Assembly: GCA_951406725.2 (NCBI GenBank)
Contig: OX597827.1
Location: 11,160,001-11,224,000 of the forward strand
DNA from: Octopus vulgaris
Lineage: Eukaryota
Direction of reading: 5' to 3'
Length of the DNA stretch: 64,000 bases
Shown here: piece by piece, positions 16,017-30,039 of the stretch
Layout of the letters: each line of letters begins with the position of its first letter
How positions within the stretch are numbered: the first letter of the stretch is position 1
Notes under the pieces: generated by a model
What the model was told of the DNA's origin: nothing
What the model saw: only the letters and a program-made list of their open reading frames with translations
The model's database searches: none
Position numbers and translations under genes: made by a program

Positions 16017-16823
16017 CATACACATATATGTTTACACATCTATACTTACACCCAGAAACACATGCAACCATTTATAAGCACATTACATTATTGCATTTGA
16101 GTTCAGATGGAAAAAATTTTTGTCAATCTCAGTGTTTTTATTTATATTTCGGAAACGGTATATATAAAGGGGGGTGTGGAGGGGGGGAAAATACAAACAA
16201 AAGTATTGAAGCAGAGGATTATATAATCAAATGTATAGATGCATGTGCAGGTATGTGGCGATGCGAGTGTATAGATGATATTGAACTTAGGGCATCTATT
16301 GGTTGATACAGTTTAACAGAAGATGGAAATCTGAGATTCTTGCCCTCAATTCCACTAATGATTAATGTATTATAGGTTTTTCGTCCTGTGTGGTTGTGTG
16401 CCAGGCACAATTAAGACACAACGTACACACAGACACAAGACACAAGTCCACTCACACATTCACTCACTCACTCAGTCACTCACTCAGTCACTCACTCACT
16501 CAATCACTCAATCACTCACTCACACTCACTCACTCACTCACACACACACAAACACTAATTTCTCTCTGATTCACTTTCTCTGTCTTTACATTTTTACCTT
16601 TTGCTCTCTACTTTCACTTTCATTCTACAGCTATTTCTGCCGTACAGTCTCTTATAAACACATATGTACAGAAATACAAGCACACACACACACACATGCA
16701 TGCATGCATGTGCATACTCACACACGTGTGTGTGTGTAGAGAGAGAGAAGGACAGAGAAGAGATACTGTAGTGTGCCCTTGGTTGTGATGTCTAAAACTA
16801 ACTTAAATATTAAAGAACTATAT

Positions 16824-16868
<45 letters not shown>

Positions 16869-16891
16869 TCTTGTGTATTCACATGTATATC

Positions 16892-16932
<41 letters not shown>

Positions 16933-17130
16933 TTTATGTATATGTATTTTATTTTCATGTATATACCTGTAAAGTTATTTTCATGTGTACGTAAGCACAG
17001 GTAGTTAATTACTGCACAGGTATCTTTATTGATGTATCACTAATAGTGCATGCAGACACACAGACACACACATACACACATACAAACAAATACACAAACA
17101 AACATTTGTACATTTGTATATGTATTTGTG

Positions 17131-17162
<32 letters not shown>

Positions 17163-17428
17163 ACTAAATGTATATATTAATGTATATATTAATGTATATA
17201 CACATGCACATATATATTTGCGTGTATACATGTATATTTGTGTGTGTATGTATAAATGTGTCTGCATATGCGCATGTGTATCTACACACTTAGGGAAGTG
17301 TATATGTGTAAGTATATCTCTGTGTTTCTATGCATGTGTGTGTTTATATGCGAGCATGTGTCTATTTATGTTTTGATAAAGCCACGTATCCCCCCATGCA
17401 ATTTCTCAGTCTTTCCCCCTTCATTTCT

Positions 17429-17464
<36 letters not shown>

Positions 17465-17514
17465 CCTTTCTCTCTTTCATTCATTATTTCCATGTCCTAC
17501 TCTGCCTATTCCTG

Positions 17515-17563
<49 letters not shown>

Positions 17564-17580
17564 ATATATATATATCTACA

Positions 17581-17663
<83 letters not shown>

Positions 17664-17684
17664 GTCCGTCCATCTGTCTGTTTG

Positions 17685-17715
<31 letters not shown>

Positions 17716-17770
17716 ACCAAACATTTTATGTATTCCTCCATCTCTACATCTACCTGTCAATCATCTATTC

Positions 17771-17802
<32 letters not shown>

Positions 17803-17821
17803 CTCTCTCTCTCTGACTCTC

Positions 17822-17861
<40 letters not shown>

Positions 17862-17949
17862 TATGCATACACACACACACATATATATATATACACACCT
17901 ATTTGTCAATTTCTCTCTCCTTGTCTCTCTCTTTTTCTTTCTCTCTTCT

Positions 17950-17992
<43 letters not shown>

Positions 17993-18487
17993 CATCCATC
18001 CAACCAACCATCCATCTGTAAACATATACACGTACCTATCTTCGTATCACTAATAAAGTCCCTTTATTTTTTTTTTTTTTTCCTCATCCCTTAATGGGAA
18101 GCAGATATCAAGCTAAAAATAACTATGAATATAGATTAACACTAAATCCAATTGCTATTTAGGTAAAGAATCACAGAGCAGATACACTTTTTTCTTTATT
18201 TATTCACTTATTTATGTTGCTTCTTGGTGCTACCAAGTCCTCTAAGCATTGGTCAATTGTAGTGCAATATCATAGAAAACGAGGAATCTGGGTTATGTGT
18301 TGCCGTGTGCTCCTTCGTTGATTCATGCTTCTTTATTAAACATTGTAAAAGCTCTTAACTCCTTAAAATTTCTTTGAAATATCAATAAATTGGAGGCTAC
18401 ATTGATTTTCTTTTCTTTTTTCTTTTTTCTTTTTTTCTTTACAGCTGTTTTGTTTTGGTGCGTTCTTTCAGTAAAGGGGTAGGAAAT

Positions 18488-18990
18488 TATCATCACCGTC
18501 ATCATCATCATCATCATCATCATCGTCGTCGTCGTCGTCGTTGTCGTTGTCGTCATTGTTGTTGTCGCTGTTGTTTTTAATATTATTGTTCTCGTTATTA
18601 TTTTATTTTTATGTTATTAAAATAGATTGTTTGTTTGTTTTTTTTTTAGTAATTTTTTTAGGTTTCTTTGGTAGTTATTTATATATTTTTCTGACTTCTT
18701 ATTTAAATTCATTTGTTTTTGTTTCTGCTCTTATCATCATCATCATCATCATCATCATCACCATCATCATCATTGTCGTCGTCATCGTCATCGTTGTCAT
18801 CGTCGTCGTCATCATCATCATCAACATCATATATATTGTTATGATTTTGAATTGTATTGTTGGCGATATTGTACAGCGTTGTTGCTTCCAGTGCTGCTGC
18901 TGCTGCCCATGTTGTTGTTGTTGTTATTGTTGCTGCTGCTGTTGTTGCTGCTACTACTGTTGCTGCTACTACTGTTGCTGCTACTGTGCT
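18488..18990. repeat. (CAT)n/(GTC)n/(TGT,TGC)n low-complexity tract
   Basis: Direct inspection. One of very many microsatellites, including (TA)n, (TATG)n, (GATA)n, (CA)n and (AAT)n, across the window. Confidence 0.9.
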
Positions 18991-19373
18991 GGGGTGCTGC
19001 TGTGGCTCCTAATAATGATGTTGCTGTTAACTATGATTTTTCTTCGTTTTGTTTTGGTTGTTATTTTGTTTTTGTTTTTCATTTTTTTGCTTACTCCTCG
19101 TATTTTGTATTTATTTTTCTTCAAATGTTTCCATATTTTGAGCCTGAATTGTGTTTAGTTTAGAGTGTTCAAAAGAAGAAAAAAAAAAAAAGAAAACACT
19201 AAAGGTAAAAAGGATGCTGATATCTTCTGAGATGTCATACAATTCTTCACCGATTTCTTTTTTTCTTCTCTCTCTTCGTCTTCTCATAAATATAGTTTTG
19301 TTGCAGAGAAAGAGAGAAAGTGAAAGTGAAAGTAAGAGAAAGGGAGAGAGTGAAAGTGAAAGAAGGAGAAAGG

Positions 19374-19405
<32 letters not shown>

Positions 19406-20171
19406 TACAAGAGAGTTAGACCTAAATTAAAATCTTATTAAGCATATTTTCTTTCATTAATTTATGCATATGTATGAGTGCGTATCTGCAAAGGTGTTTG
19501 CTTCGGTGAGTATCCGTGTATTTACGTGAATATATGTTGATTTTAGTGCTGAAAATAAATGAAATCTCGTCCATTAAACCGATATATATATATATACTTG
19601 AGTTTTTTTTTCCAGTAAACTATAGACATTGAATTGAACACACCAACATTTAAGGATACTAACCAAAGACGACATTATCATTGGCAAATATCTTCACAGA
19701 ATAAGTAGCTCGCTTTTATTCTTAGTGGCCTTTATCTAATAAGAAATAACATGAAAATAGAAACAAAACACATTTCATTTTGCATTCTCTTATTTATCAA
19801 ATATCACTTTAAGATTATTTTTTGCTTTTTTCATTTCCTGTTCAAAGAAATTATCTTCTTTTATCTTTATTCCTTTTTTTTTTGCTTCTGTTTTTTGTTT
19901 TTTTTATCTTGGTGTTTTTTTTTTTTGACAAGAATTTTTGAATTTTTGCTTCTTCTATGCTACAGAATGAGCAATGAAGAAATGAAGATAGAATTTGCCA
20001 CATTCTTTCGGTGTTGTCTCTTCTCTTTTATTCTTAGCTTTTTCGGGTCGGTTGTTTTTAATGATTCTTCTTCAGTTGACATTTTTTTTTTTGTTTTTGT
20101 TACTTTCTTTTTGTGCTTACTTACTTTATTTTCTTCATAACAATATTTTTCATATAAGTCCATTTCAAACC

Positions 20172-20219
<48 letters not shown>

Positions 20220-20684
20220 TACACACACATATATATATAATGCATGTAAGCATTCTTGTGTGTGTAATTTAACATCTAAACAAGAAACTTTTTATACAAC
20301 TGTTTCAAAAAGAAAAAGTAAAAATGAAAAGAAGGGAGGTATTAATTTTTTTATTTTGATTTTAATAGCATATAAATAGTTTTCAAAAGAATCAGATGAT
20401 AAAAATGAAGAAGAAAAAAAATTATAAAAAGAAATAAATTTATATAAAACATAAAACTGAAAAAAAAAATGTAATGTCTTTGTACAGCTGATAAATATGA
20501 TGAATGAATTGTTAAATCAATGAGAAAATGACTTGGTGGAACATTTACCAATAATTTTTACCGCTTTTGAAAAGTTGCACTTATGAACAAGTGGATGACT
20601 ATTTGAAACCGAGGTGTATGTCTTTAAAAAAGTTATGATTTCTCATAGAATAATGTCTCACAATAATACTCTACAGTGCCTTAT

Positions 20685-21270
20685 TTACTCTTTTTACTCT
20701 CTCTTTACTCTTTTACATGTTTCAGTCATTTGACTGCGGCCATGCTGGAGCACCGCCTTTAGTCGAGCAACTCGACCCCGGGACTTATTCTTTGTAAGCC
20801 CAGTACTTATTCTATCGGTCTCTTTTGCCGAACTGCTAAGTGACGGGGACGTAAACACACCAGCATCGGTTGTCAAGCAATGCTAGGGGTACAAACACAG
20901 ACATACAAACACATACACGCATATATATATATATATACATATATACGACGGGCTTCTTTCAGTATCCGTCTGCTAAATCCACTCACAAGGCTTTCTGCCG
21001 AACCGCTAAGTGATGGGGACGTAAACACACCAGCATCGGTTGTCAAGCAATACTAGGGGGACAAACACAGACACATAAACACACACATACATATACATAT
21101 ATATATATATACGACAGGCTTCTTTTTAGCTTCCGTCTACAAGGCATTGTTCGGCCCGGGGCTAGCTATAGCAGAAGACACTCCGCCCAAGATGCCACGC
21201 AATGGGACTGAACCCCCGGAACCATGTGGTTGGTTAGCAAGCTACTTACCACACAGCCACTCCTGCGCCT
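20685..21270 (-). mobile_element. SINE family 1 with internal tandem duplication
   Basis: Middle segment gccgaac...cacaagg/tacaagg is present twice. Confidence 0.88.
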
Positions 21271-21737
21271 ATCGTATTTATGGTAGAGAGCAATAACAAC
21301 AGTTGAAAAAAGAAACCCCCAAAAAAATAAAAAAATAAAAAAAGAAGAGACAGAGTGAGCTTCAGGTGGAGTGCTGATTAAAAAGCAAATTACAATGGCA
21401 ATTAATCAGTAGCTTGGTAAGTTTTAAAGTGCCATGATTGCATCTTGTAATGCTTGCTATATATATATATATATATAATGTTACCTTGTTAAACTGAATA
21501 AAAAAATGTTCAAAATTTTTTGGTATTGGTTCTAATGATTGCAATTCTTTCAAGATTTTTGTTTGTTGAATTCAACAGATATCCATTAACTTCTTATGGA
21601 ACACCTGTACACACCCTGCCAAATAGACACATATTCATATATGCACATATATATATATACACATACAGTCTATATATATCTATATATTTATATATATACA
21701 TATACATACACATACATATATATATACATATACATAC

Positions 21738-21781
<44 letters not shown>

Positions 21782-22165
21782 CCGTAGAAACACTGCCAGA
21801 TCAGACTGGGCCTGATGCAGCATTCTGGCTTCACAGACCCTAGTTGAACCGTCCAGCCCATGCTAGCATGGACAGCGGATGCTAAATGATGATGATATAT
21901 ATATATGCATATAAATGCATATACATATATATGTCCATAAACTCACATATACAAATACACACATACACACATGTGCATACATAAACACGCTCACACATGC
22001 ACACTTACATACACACTCATACACATACATACACGCACACACATATACATATAACACGCAAAGAAAAAATATATACATAAACACATGCATATATACATAG
22101 ATAATACATATTGAAAATATATATATATATATACATACATATGCATGCATGTATATACATGTATA

Positions 22166-22406
22166 CAGGGTTGGTCAAAAGTTGACCGACAGTGAATCAA
22201 AATTTCCTTAATACTTAATATTCAATTTTATTCATTCCAGTTGTTAATGTTTAATAAGTGAATGCTGTGAGTTAAAATCCCTGTTTTTTTAATATTTTTT
22301 CAACATTTATCTATTTATTAGCAAAGTCACATATAAAATATTTTTTGTTTTAATCTTGGAATTAAATAGTTTTGATTTACTGTCAGGTGACTTTTGGCCA
22401 ACTCTG
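22166..22406. mobile_element. Tc1/mariner-type MITE
   Basis: Imperfect ~35-bp TIRs cagggttggtcaaaagt...gaatcaa / ttgattta...acttttggccaactctg; TA flanks. Confidence 0.75.
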
Positions 22407-22701
22407 TATGTATGTATGTATATCGTTATTCAGTTTATTTCAAGTTTTCTTGCCAATAAAGAAGGAACCAGTTTCTAACCTAGATCCAAGATTCCTTCAG
22501 TGGAATTTCAATATCAACAACAGGGTATGTATGTATGTATGTATGTATGTATGAATGTAGGCATGTATGTATGTATGTATGTATGCATATATCTATGTAT
22601 GTATGTATGTATGTATGTAGGTATGTATGTATGTATGAATGTAGGCATGTATGTATGTATGTATGCATGTATGTAGGCATGTATGTATGTATGTATGTAT
22701 G

Positions 22702-22735
<34 letters not shown>

Positions 22736-23203
22736 TGTATGTATGTATGTATGTATGTATATATGTATGTATGTATGCATGCATGTATGTATGTATGACA
22801 TGGTTCTGTGGTTAAGAAACTTGGATTCAGTGCCACCTCTGCATGGAAACTTAGATGTCTTCTATTATAGCCCCAGGCTGACCAAAGTTTTATCAGTGGA
22901 TTTGGATGACAGAAACTGAAAGATACCCATCATATGTGTGTATCTTTGTGTGTGACATCCCTCTCTTCTTGTACTTGGCCCCATCATTGACGATTGGTGT
23001 TGGTTTGTTTCATCTCCATAATGTAGCAATTCAGCAAAAAAATATTTTAAAAAATGCCGATAACTAAGTACCAGGCTTAAAAATGATATATGTATCATGG
23101 TTGATTCATTCCATTAAACCCTTCATGGCAGTGCCTTGCATGGCCACAGTTCAATGACTGTAACAAGTAAAAGCTAGATTTTATATATATATATATATAT
23201 ATA

Positions 23204-23506
23204 TCACGTGATCACGTGACCGACCAGACCATCATATGTTGTTACACATCGCTGGTCACAATGCGTTCGCATTGTTTTAGCCTTCGAATGATGCCACCCC
23301 GCTGGCTAAGCGAGCAGGCCAACAGAAGAAAGAGTGAGAGGAGGGGTGGTGAAAGAGTACAGCAGGGATCACCACACCCTGCCGGAGCCTCGTGGAGCAT
23401 TTTAGGTGTTTTCGCTCAATAAACACTCACAACGCCCGGTCTGGGAATCGAAACCGCGATTCTACGACCGTGAGTCCACTGCCCTAACTGGGCCATTGCA
23501 CCTCCA
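23204..23506 (-). mobile_element. tRNA-derived SINE with family 3 head but a different tail
   Basis: Minus strand tggaggtgcaatggcccag...cagaccgggcgttgtgagtgtttattgagcgaaaacacctaa matches the head of 62747-63052; ends in (cacgtgat)2. Confidence 0.8.
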
Positions 23507-23530
23507 GATTTATGTATTTCTACAAATGAT

Positions 23531-23571
<41 letters not shown>

Positions 23572-23589
23572 TCACACATACACGCAGAT

Positions 23590-23750
23590 AAATGGAAAAC
23601 AAGGTGGAACAAAATAGTACTACAGTATTATCACAACCGTACAATGAGTGATCACGTGAAACTCTGAGTAACAGTTTGCCCGCTGAAACAGTCACGAGAA
23701 ACTCTAAGTCAATGTTTGTGAAGATTTTATTTGACTTTAATAAATAGAAT
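23590..23750 (+). mobile_element. Degenerate Penelope-like fragment with two decayed hammerhead-like 3' halves
   Basis: gtGAAActctgaGTAacag and gaGAAActctaaGTC in tandem; shares aacaaggtggaa and gaaactc(a/t)gagtaacag with the 24.5-kb element. Confidence 0.4.
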
Positions 23751-24283
23751 ACATACATTTATGTATGCATACATACGTACATACATACATGCATACATAC
23801 ATACATAAATACATACATATATACATACATACATACATACATACATAGATACATACGTACGTACGTACATATATACATATATACATACATGTTCTTTGAA
23901 TAACTTATGAGTTTTTTCTTTCATCAGTAGTCAACGGAGTGAAGAGATGAATTCAATTACTTACCTTGATTTTGTTGAGAATCTTTTAAATGTGTCGGAA
24001 AAGATGTGAAGTCTAGTGTGTCAGGCTTGGGGTATGTCAAGAGTCACATGTTAAAAATCAGTCAGCTGTGCCAAGATAACTGACTGACTTCTTTAAGTTG
24101 GTGTGAACTTTATTTACAGCTGATTAGGCAAATATTTATATCTCCTTGCCTTGTGATATATTTCTAGGCTCCAAAGAGAGTCAGGCACACATACATGCAC
24201 AATATCCTAAATACACACGTAAATAAATCCATGTACGGACATACAAATAAGCCTCTATGATACATAAATACATACATACACTC

Positions 24284-24314
<31 letters not shown>

Positions 24315-24361
24315 TGTATATGTATATATATGTATATGTATACACACACACACACACACAC

Positions 24362-24411
<50 letters not shown>

Positions 24412-24414
24412 GTG

Positions 24415-24448
<34 letters not shown>

Positions 24449-24623
24449 TATATATTTAGAGGTTGATTGATATGTGTGAATATATATGTGTGTATATGTA
24501 TGTATATATATATATATATATATACCGGAGTAAACACATAAATGTGAAACAAGGTGGAAAAAAGAGTACTCAAATACCAGTGGTAGAGTAATATGCTTTA
24601 TTTTAAGCAGCAGAAAATTCAAC

Positions 24624-24671
24624 AAAATCTGTTACTCTGAGTTTCTCGTTGTCGTTCATCAGACAGTTTTT
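24624..24671 (-). ncRNA. Minimal type-I hammerhead motif, left arm of palindrome
   Basis: Reverse complement reads ctgt-CTGATGA-acgacaacga-GAAA-ctcaga-GTA|acag. Confidence 0.65.
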
Positions 24672-24677
24672 GCTAGC

Positions 24678-24725
24678 AAAAACTGTCTGATGAACGGCAA
24701 CGAGAAACTCAGAGTAACAGATTTT
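24678..24725 (+). ncRNA. Minimal type-I hammerhead motif, right arm of palindrome
   Basis: ctgt-CTGATGA-acggcaacga-GAAA-ctcaga-GTA|acag. Stem I ctgt/acag; stem III ACTC-A-GAGT. Confidence 0.7.
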
Positions 24726-24753
24726 GTTGAATTTTCTGCTGCTTAAAATAAAG

Positions 24754-24795
<42 letters not shown>

Positions 24796-26001
24796 TTTGA
24801 ATACTTATAAAACAGTTACTCCTTGACATTTTCAAACTTTGCCAAAATTAAACATGAAGAAGTTCTAAGTACTAAGCAGTGGTCACTGTCAGTGTTGCTT
24901 TGTACTGAGTACTTGTTTCAGGCATTGGACTGCGGCCAGGCTGGAGCATTTCCTTGAAGGGTTTAGTTGAACAAATAAACTCCAATATGTATATTTTTTT
25001 CTTTTAAGTACTTATAGTGTCAGTCTCTTTTTTGCAGTACCATTGAGTTAGGGGGATGTAAACAAACCAACACAGATTGTCAGATGGTGTAGAGGGGACA
25101 AACACAATCACAGAGACACACACATACACATGCATGTGCACACTCACACACACACACACACATCATCATCATCATCATTATCGTCTGACGTCCATATTTC
25201 ATGCTGACACGGGTTGGACTATATGGCAGGTTTCCACACAGTTTCCATCTATCAAATTTCCCACACAAGGCATGGGTTGGCCCGGGGCTATAGTAGAAGA
25301 CAATTACCCAAGATGTTGCACCCTGGAATTGAACCTGAAATCTCATTGTTGTGAAGTGAACTTCCTAGCCTCTTTGCCATGCCTTACCCATCTGATAAGA
25401 GTACACCAGGTACATGCATCACAATCATGTGTGCTACATAGTGATTTCATATCAAGATGAACAGCACATGACCTTGCAGGTGGGGTCCTGTTAGAATTTT
25501 TCATCAGGTCAAATAGCCCGTTCCGCTCAGAAGGTTCCTGAATAAGGATTGTTTAAAGATGTTGAATGAAACACCCATGTTTCCAGAAGTGAATTAAACT
25601 ATTTAAACCCCAAAGAATTGTTCACAACACATGACTATAACACTCCCTGACTACTACACTGCTCATGATCAGAGATGCACATATCTTCAGCCACTAAGGG
25701 ACATGCTCAACTGGTTGGGGTCAAATAACTGACAAGTAAATCTCACAAGTAAATCTCACAAGGTCTTTTTAATACATAAGTAATCAACCTTAAAATCCTC
25801 ACTGTCCTCAATAGTGCAGCTTTTTGTTAACGAGCTCTACTCTCATGTCAGTACTAATTTCCAAATGTCATGCATTCTTTTTCTACATCTTATGGATTTC
25901 CCTTCATGATCAACATATCTACATGAAAAATAACAGAACTACATGACAATTATTATTGTTGTTTGATATCTTCATCTACATCCTCCTCCTCCTCCTCCTC
26001 C

Positions 26002-26032
<31 letters not shown>

Positions 26033-26320
26033 TAAAGCGATGAGCTAGCAGAATCATTAACACACTGGACAAAATGATTTGCAGTATTTCTTCCATCTGT
26101 TTGTGTTCTGAGTTCAAATTCCACCAAGATCACTTTTGCTTTTCATCTTTTGGGGGTCAATAAAATAAGTACCAGTCAAGTACTGGGGTCAATATAATCA
26201 AGTACCTAACCTCCCCCAAAATTTGTGCCAGTAGTAGAAAGAATTATTATTATTATTAATCCTGTTGAAACTTCAGTAATCTTGCTTGAGTAGTGGGGTT
26301 ACTACCTGCAGCCTGTGGTA

Positions 26321-26917
26321 CAGTGTTGGATTAACCATTAAGCAAAATAAGCACGTGTTTAGAGCATCAAGAGAAGTTGTGGGGGGGGGGGGGCACCACA
26401 GAAATGGTAAATGGTTTACAACACAAAAGAAATCACTTTAAAAACTTGCAAAAATTATATTTGAAGTTGTTTATATCATTGGAAATATAATTTTGAAGGG
26501 TTTATGATGTCATAATGAGGGTCTGATCAAAGGTTTTGCAATTAAAAAAATGTAGGAGAAAACTTTTCAAATATAAATTAAGTGGAAGTATACAAGAATA
26601 ATTTTTTTTTTTTTCTTACTGCTAGTTTTGTTTCATTTTGAAAAGTATTTCATTTTGTGGTTTATTATTATTTATATTTTTGGCGTTAGGAAGGGCATCC
26701 AGCTGTAGAAACACTGCCAGATCAGACTGGGGCCTGGTGCAGCCTCCTGGCTTCCCAGACCCCGGTCGAACCGTCCAACCCATGCTAGCGCGGAAAACGG
26801 ACATTAAACGATGAAGATGATGATGATGATGATGATGATGATTTTGATTTACGTATGCATAGGGGCACCAAAATCTTGTAAGTGCTTAGGGCCTCCATGG
26901 ATTTTAATCCAGCCCTG
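26321..26917. mobile_element. hAT-type non-autonomous element with a nested SINE fragment
   Basis: TIRs cagtgttggattaa / ttaatccagccctg; perfect 8-bp TSD ctgtggta (26313-26320 and 26918-26925); RTE-related SINE 3' piece at about 26680-26840. Confidence 0.85.
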
Positions 26918-27086
26918 CTGTGGTATCATGCTATTTCTTTGCTACAGCTCTCTAATACTTTCCTGGTGATTCTGGCTATGCTAAGGAGGCAGACGTTTTG
27001 TAACAGCTTTACCAGGCACTGTATTTGCATTTCCTTTATGTTCCTCTCAATATTTTTTTATATTGTCCCCAAGGTGACAACAATTA

Positions 27087-27121
<35 letters not shown>

Positions 27122-27122
<1 letters not shown>

Positions 27123-27543
27123 GGCGCAGGAGTGGCTGTGTGGTAAGTAGCTTGCTAACCAACCACATGGTTGCGGGTTCAGTCCCACTGCGTGGCATCT
27201 TGGGCAAGTGTCTTCTGCTATAGCCCCGGGCCGACCAATGCCTTGTGAGTGGATTTGGTAGACGGAAACTGAAAGAAGCCTGTCGTATATATGTATGTAT
27301 ATATATGTGTGTGTGTGTGTGTGTGTTTGTGTGTCTGTGTTTGTCCCCCTAGCATTGCTTGACAACCGATGCTGGTGTGTCTACGTCCCCACCACTTAGC
27401 GGTTCGGCAAAAGAGACCGATAGAATAAGTACTGGGCTTACAAAGAATAAGTTCCGGGGTCGATTTGCTCGACTAAAGGCGGTGCTCCAGCATGGCCGCA
27501 GTCAAATGACTGAAACAAGTAAAAGAGAGTAAAGAGTAAAGAG
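27122..27543 (+). mobile_element. SINE family 1, inserted in (ATT)n
   Basis: Full-length copy. Confidence 0.92.
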
Positions 27544-27731
27544 TGGCATTTCATTAGATTTCGCATTCTGAGTTCAAATTTTGTCAACATTGACTTTGCC
27601 TTTTCATCCTTCTGAGGTCAATAAAATAAAATACCAGTTAAACTCTGGGGTCAATGTGAACAACTTACCCTCTCCTCTGAAACTGCTGGCCTTGGGACAA
27701 AATTTGAAACCATTAATATTATTAATATCAA

Positions 27732-27903
27732 CAGGCGCAGGAGTGGCTGTGTGGTAAGTAGCTTGTTTACCAACCACATGGTTCTGGGTTCAGTCCCACT
27801 ACGTGGCACCTTGGGCAAGTGTCTTCTACTATAGCCTCGGGCCGAGCAAAGCCTTGTGAGTGGATTTGGTAGACAGAAACTGAAAGAAGCCTGTCGTATA
27901 TAT

Positions 27904-27939
<36 letters not shown>

Positions 27940-28150
27940 TTGTGTGTCTGCGTTTGTCCTCCCAACATCACTTCACAACCAATGCTGGTGTGTTTACGTC
28001 CCCGTCACCTAGTGGTTCGGCAAAAGAGACCGATAGAATAAGTACTAGGCTTCCAAAGAATAAGTCCTGGGGTCGATTTGCTCAACTAAAGGCGATGTTC
28101 CAGCATGGCCACAGTCAAATGACTGTAACAAGTAAAAGAGAGAAAAAGAA
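27732..28150 (+). mobile_element. SINE family 1
   Basis: Full-length copy. Confidence 0.9.
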
Positions 28151-28520
28151 AGAAAAGAGTCATATCAAAAACTACAATATTTGACATGCCTAAATTTATT
28201 GTTAATAATATAAGTCAGCTATTGAAATTTATTCTGTCTGAAGAATTTCTCAGTTCCATCAATATCAAGGGAGATTACTACTTTTAGTTTATTCTTTTAT
28301 TAAAAGAGGAAGATAGACACATTTTCAGATCTGTTAATAACTATGAAATCTAAGTTGGTGTTTGTATGTAGTTAAGTTAACAAGGTTTCCTCACGGGTTT
28401 TTGAATGTAACTTAAGAAAACATTATATGCGTTAGTATGGATATAATTTTTGAGATAAATGTCTAGCAAATTGATAAGCTACATCAAAAATAATACTTTG
28501 TGACAATGTTTTGTTTTACA

Positions 28521-28586
<66 letters not shown>

Positions 28587-29007
28587 ATGTATTTATACAT
28601 TTATGGAGATACTGTTTGTCTGTAAGTGTTTGACCTCTAATCATTTCTCTCACCTTGTAAATCCAGTACCCAAGATGCACTTTCACTTTCGTACTTATTA
28701 CTATTGGAACATAAGGTCACATACCAACCCATTTGTAACTATGAGATTTTGATGAGGTAACTGTTAACGTTCTGGATGCTGTAGTAGAGTTGGTGTGAGA
28801 AACCAGATGAGGCCAGTTTGAACATAAAAAGAGATAAAATATTTTGGCCAAATATGGTCAGTTTAAATGCTAAAGGGCAAAATTTAAAAGAGAAAAGAAC
28901 ATACATGTATGTGTATGTATACACAGATACTACACGTACATAGAGATCAAGCTAATTTCATATATTAAAGAAAAGTATAACCAGTATATGAAATATAGAG
29001 AGTAGTT

Positions 29008-29473
29008 TACTCTTTTACTTGTTTCAGTCATTTGCCTGCAGCCATGCTGGAGCACCGCCTTTAATCGAGCAACTCGACCCTGGGACTTAGTCTTTGTAAG
29101 CCCAGTACTTATTCTATCGGTCTCTTTTGCCGAACCGCTAAGTTACGGGGACGTAAACACACCAGCATCGGTTGTCAAGCAATGCTAGGGGGACAAACAC
29201 AGACACGCAAATACACACACATATATATATATATACGACAGGCTTCTTTCAGTTTCCGTCTACCAAATCCACTCACAAGGCTTTGGTCGGCCCGAGGCTA
29301 TAGTAGAAGACACTTGCCCAAGATGCCACGCAGTGGGACTGAACCCGAAACCATGTGGTTGGTAAGCAAGCTACATACCACACAGCCACTCCTATATATA
29401 TATAGGAGTGGGACTGAACCCGGAACCATGTGGTTGGCTAGCAAGTTACTTACCACACAGCCACTCCTGTGCC
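29008..29473 (-). mobile_element. SINE family 1 with duplicated tRNA head
   Basis: Head gtgggactgaaccc...cacagccactcct occurs twice (about 29333 and 29408). Confidence 0.9.
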
Positions 29474-29894
29474 TATATGTTTTATATATTTCTGCTAATT
29501 ATATAAATAAATAAGATAGTATAATAGCATCAGTACCAAGTGATTAGGAATAAATGAACTTTAGGCTAATTAAAATGTGTCTGTGACATATTTTAATTTC
29601 TAAAGGCAAATTTACTGCAGTTTACGATGAAGAAAAAATTTTCTCTTATGGAAAAAGGTGTAAAAACACCACATCTACCTTGCACTTGCTAACAGATTCC
29701 CAGATGCATGTTTCTGGCTCTTTAGCCTTCCTCAATGGGAAATACTTAAAGAGAGATAACCCTGGGCAGATTCAAATGAATCATATTCTGTCTAATAATG
29801 TATAATCTCAATGTTAGTAATAGTTCAACAATTTTAGCAGAAAATACAAAACTGCTAAATACGCTGGTAATGTTGTTACTGGTGCTGGCAGTGC

Positions 29895-29931
<37 letters not shown>

Positions 29932-30039
29932 GCTGGTAGAGGTGTTACTGGTGTTACACAGCTGAATCTAAGGCCAAAGGCATAAGGCATTCCCACCATG
30001 ACCATGTCATTTCCATAAGGTAATTCAGAACTGTATTAA

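Larger units (their letters stand above)
24523..24758. mobile_element. Penelope-like terminal fragment with inverted duplication (palindrome 24591-24758)
   Basis: 84-bp arms centred on GCTAGC with no spacer and 2 G:T mismatches; hammerhead in each arm; embedded in (TA)n. Confidence 0.6.

Noticed and set aside
18541-19163. Hydrophobic, Cys-rich 205-aa ORF (metallothionein- or membrane-like)
   Set aside because: Derived from trinucleotide repeats and T-rich low-complexity sequence.
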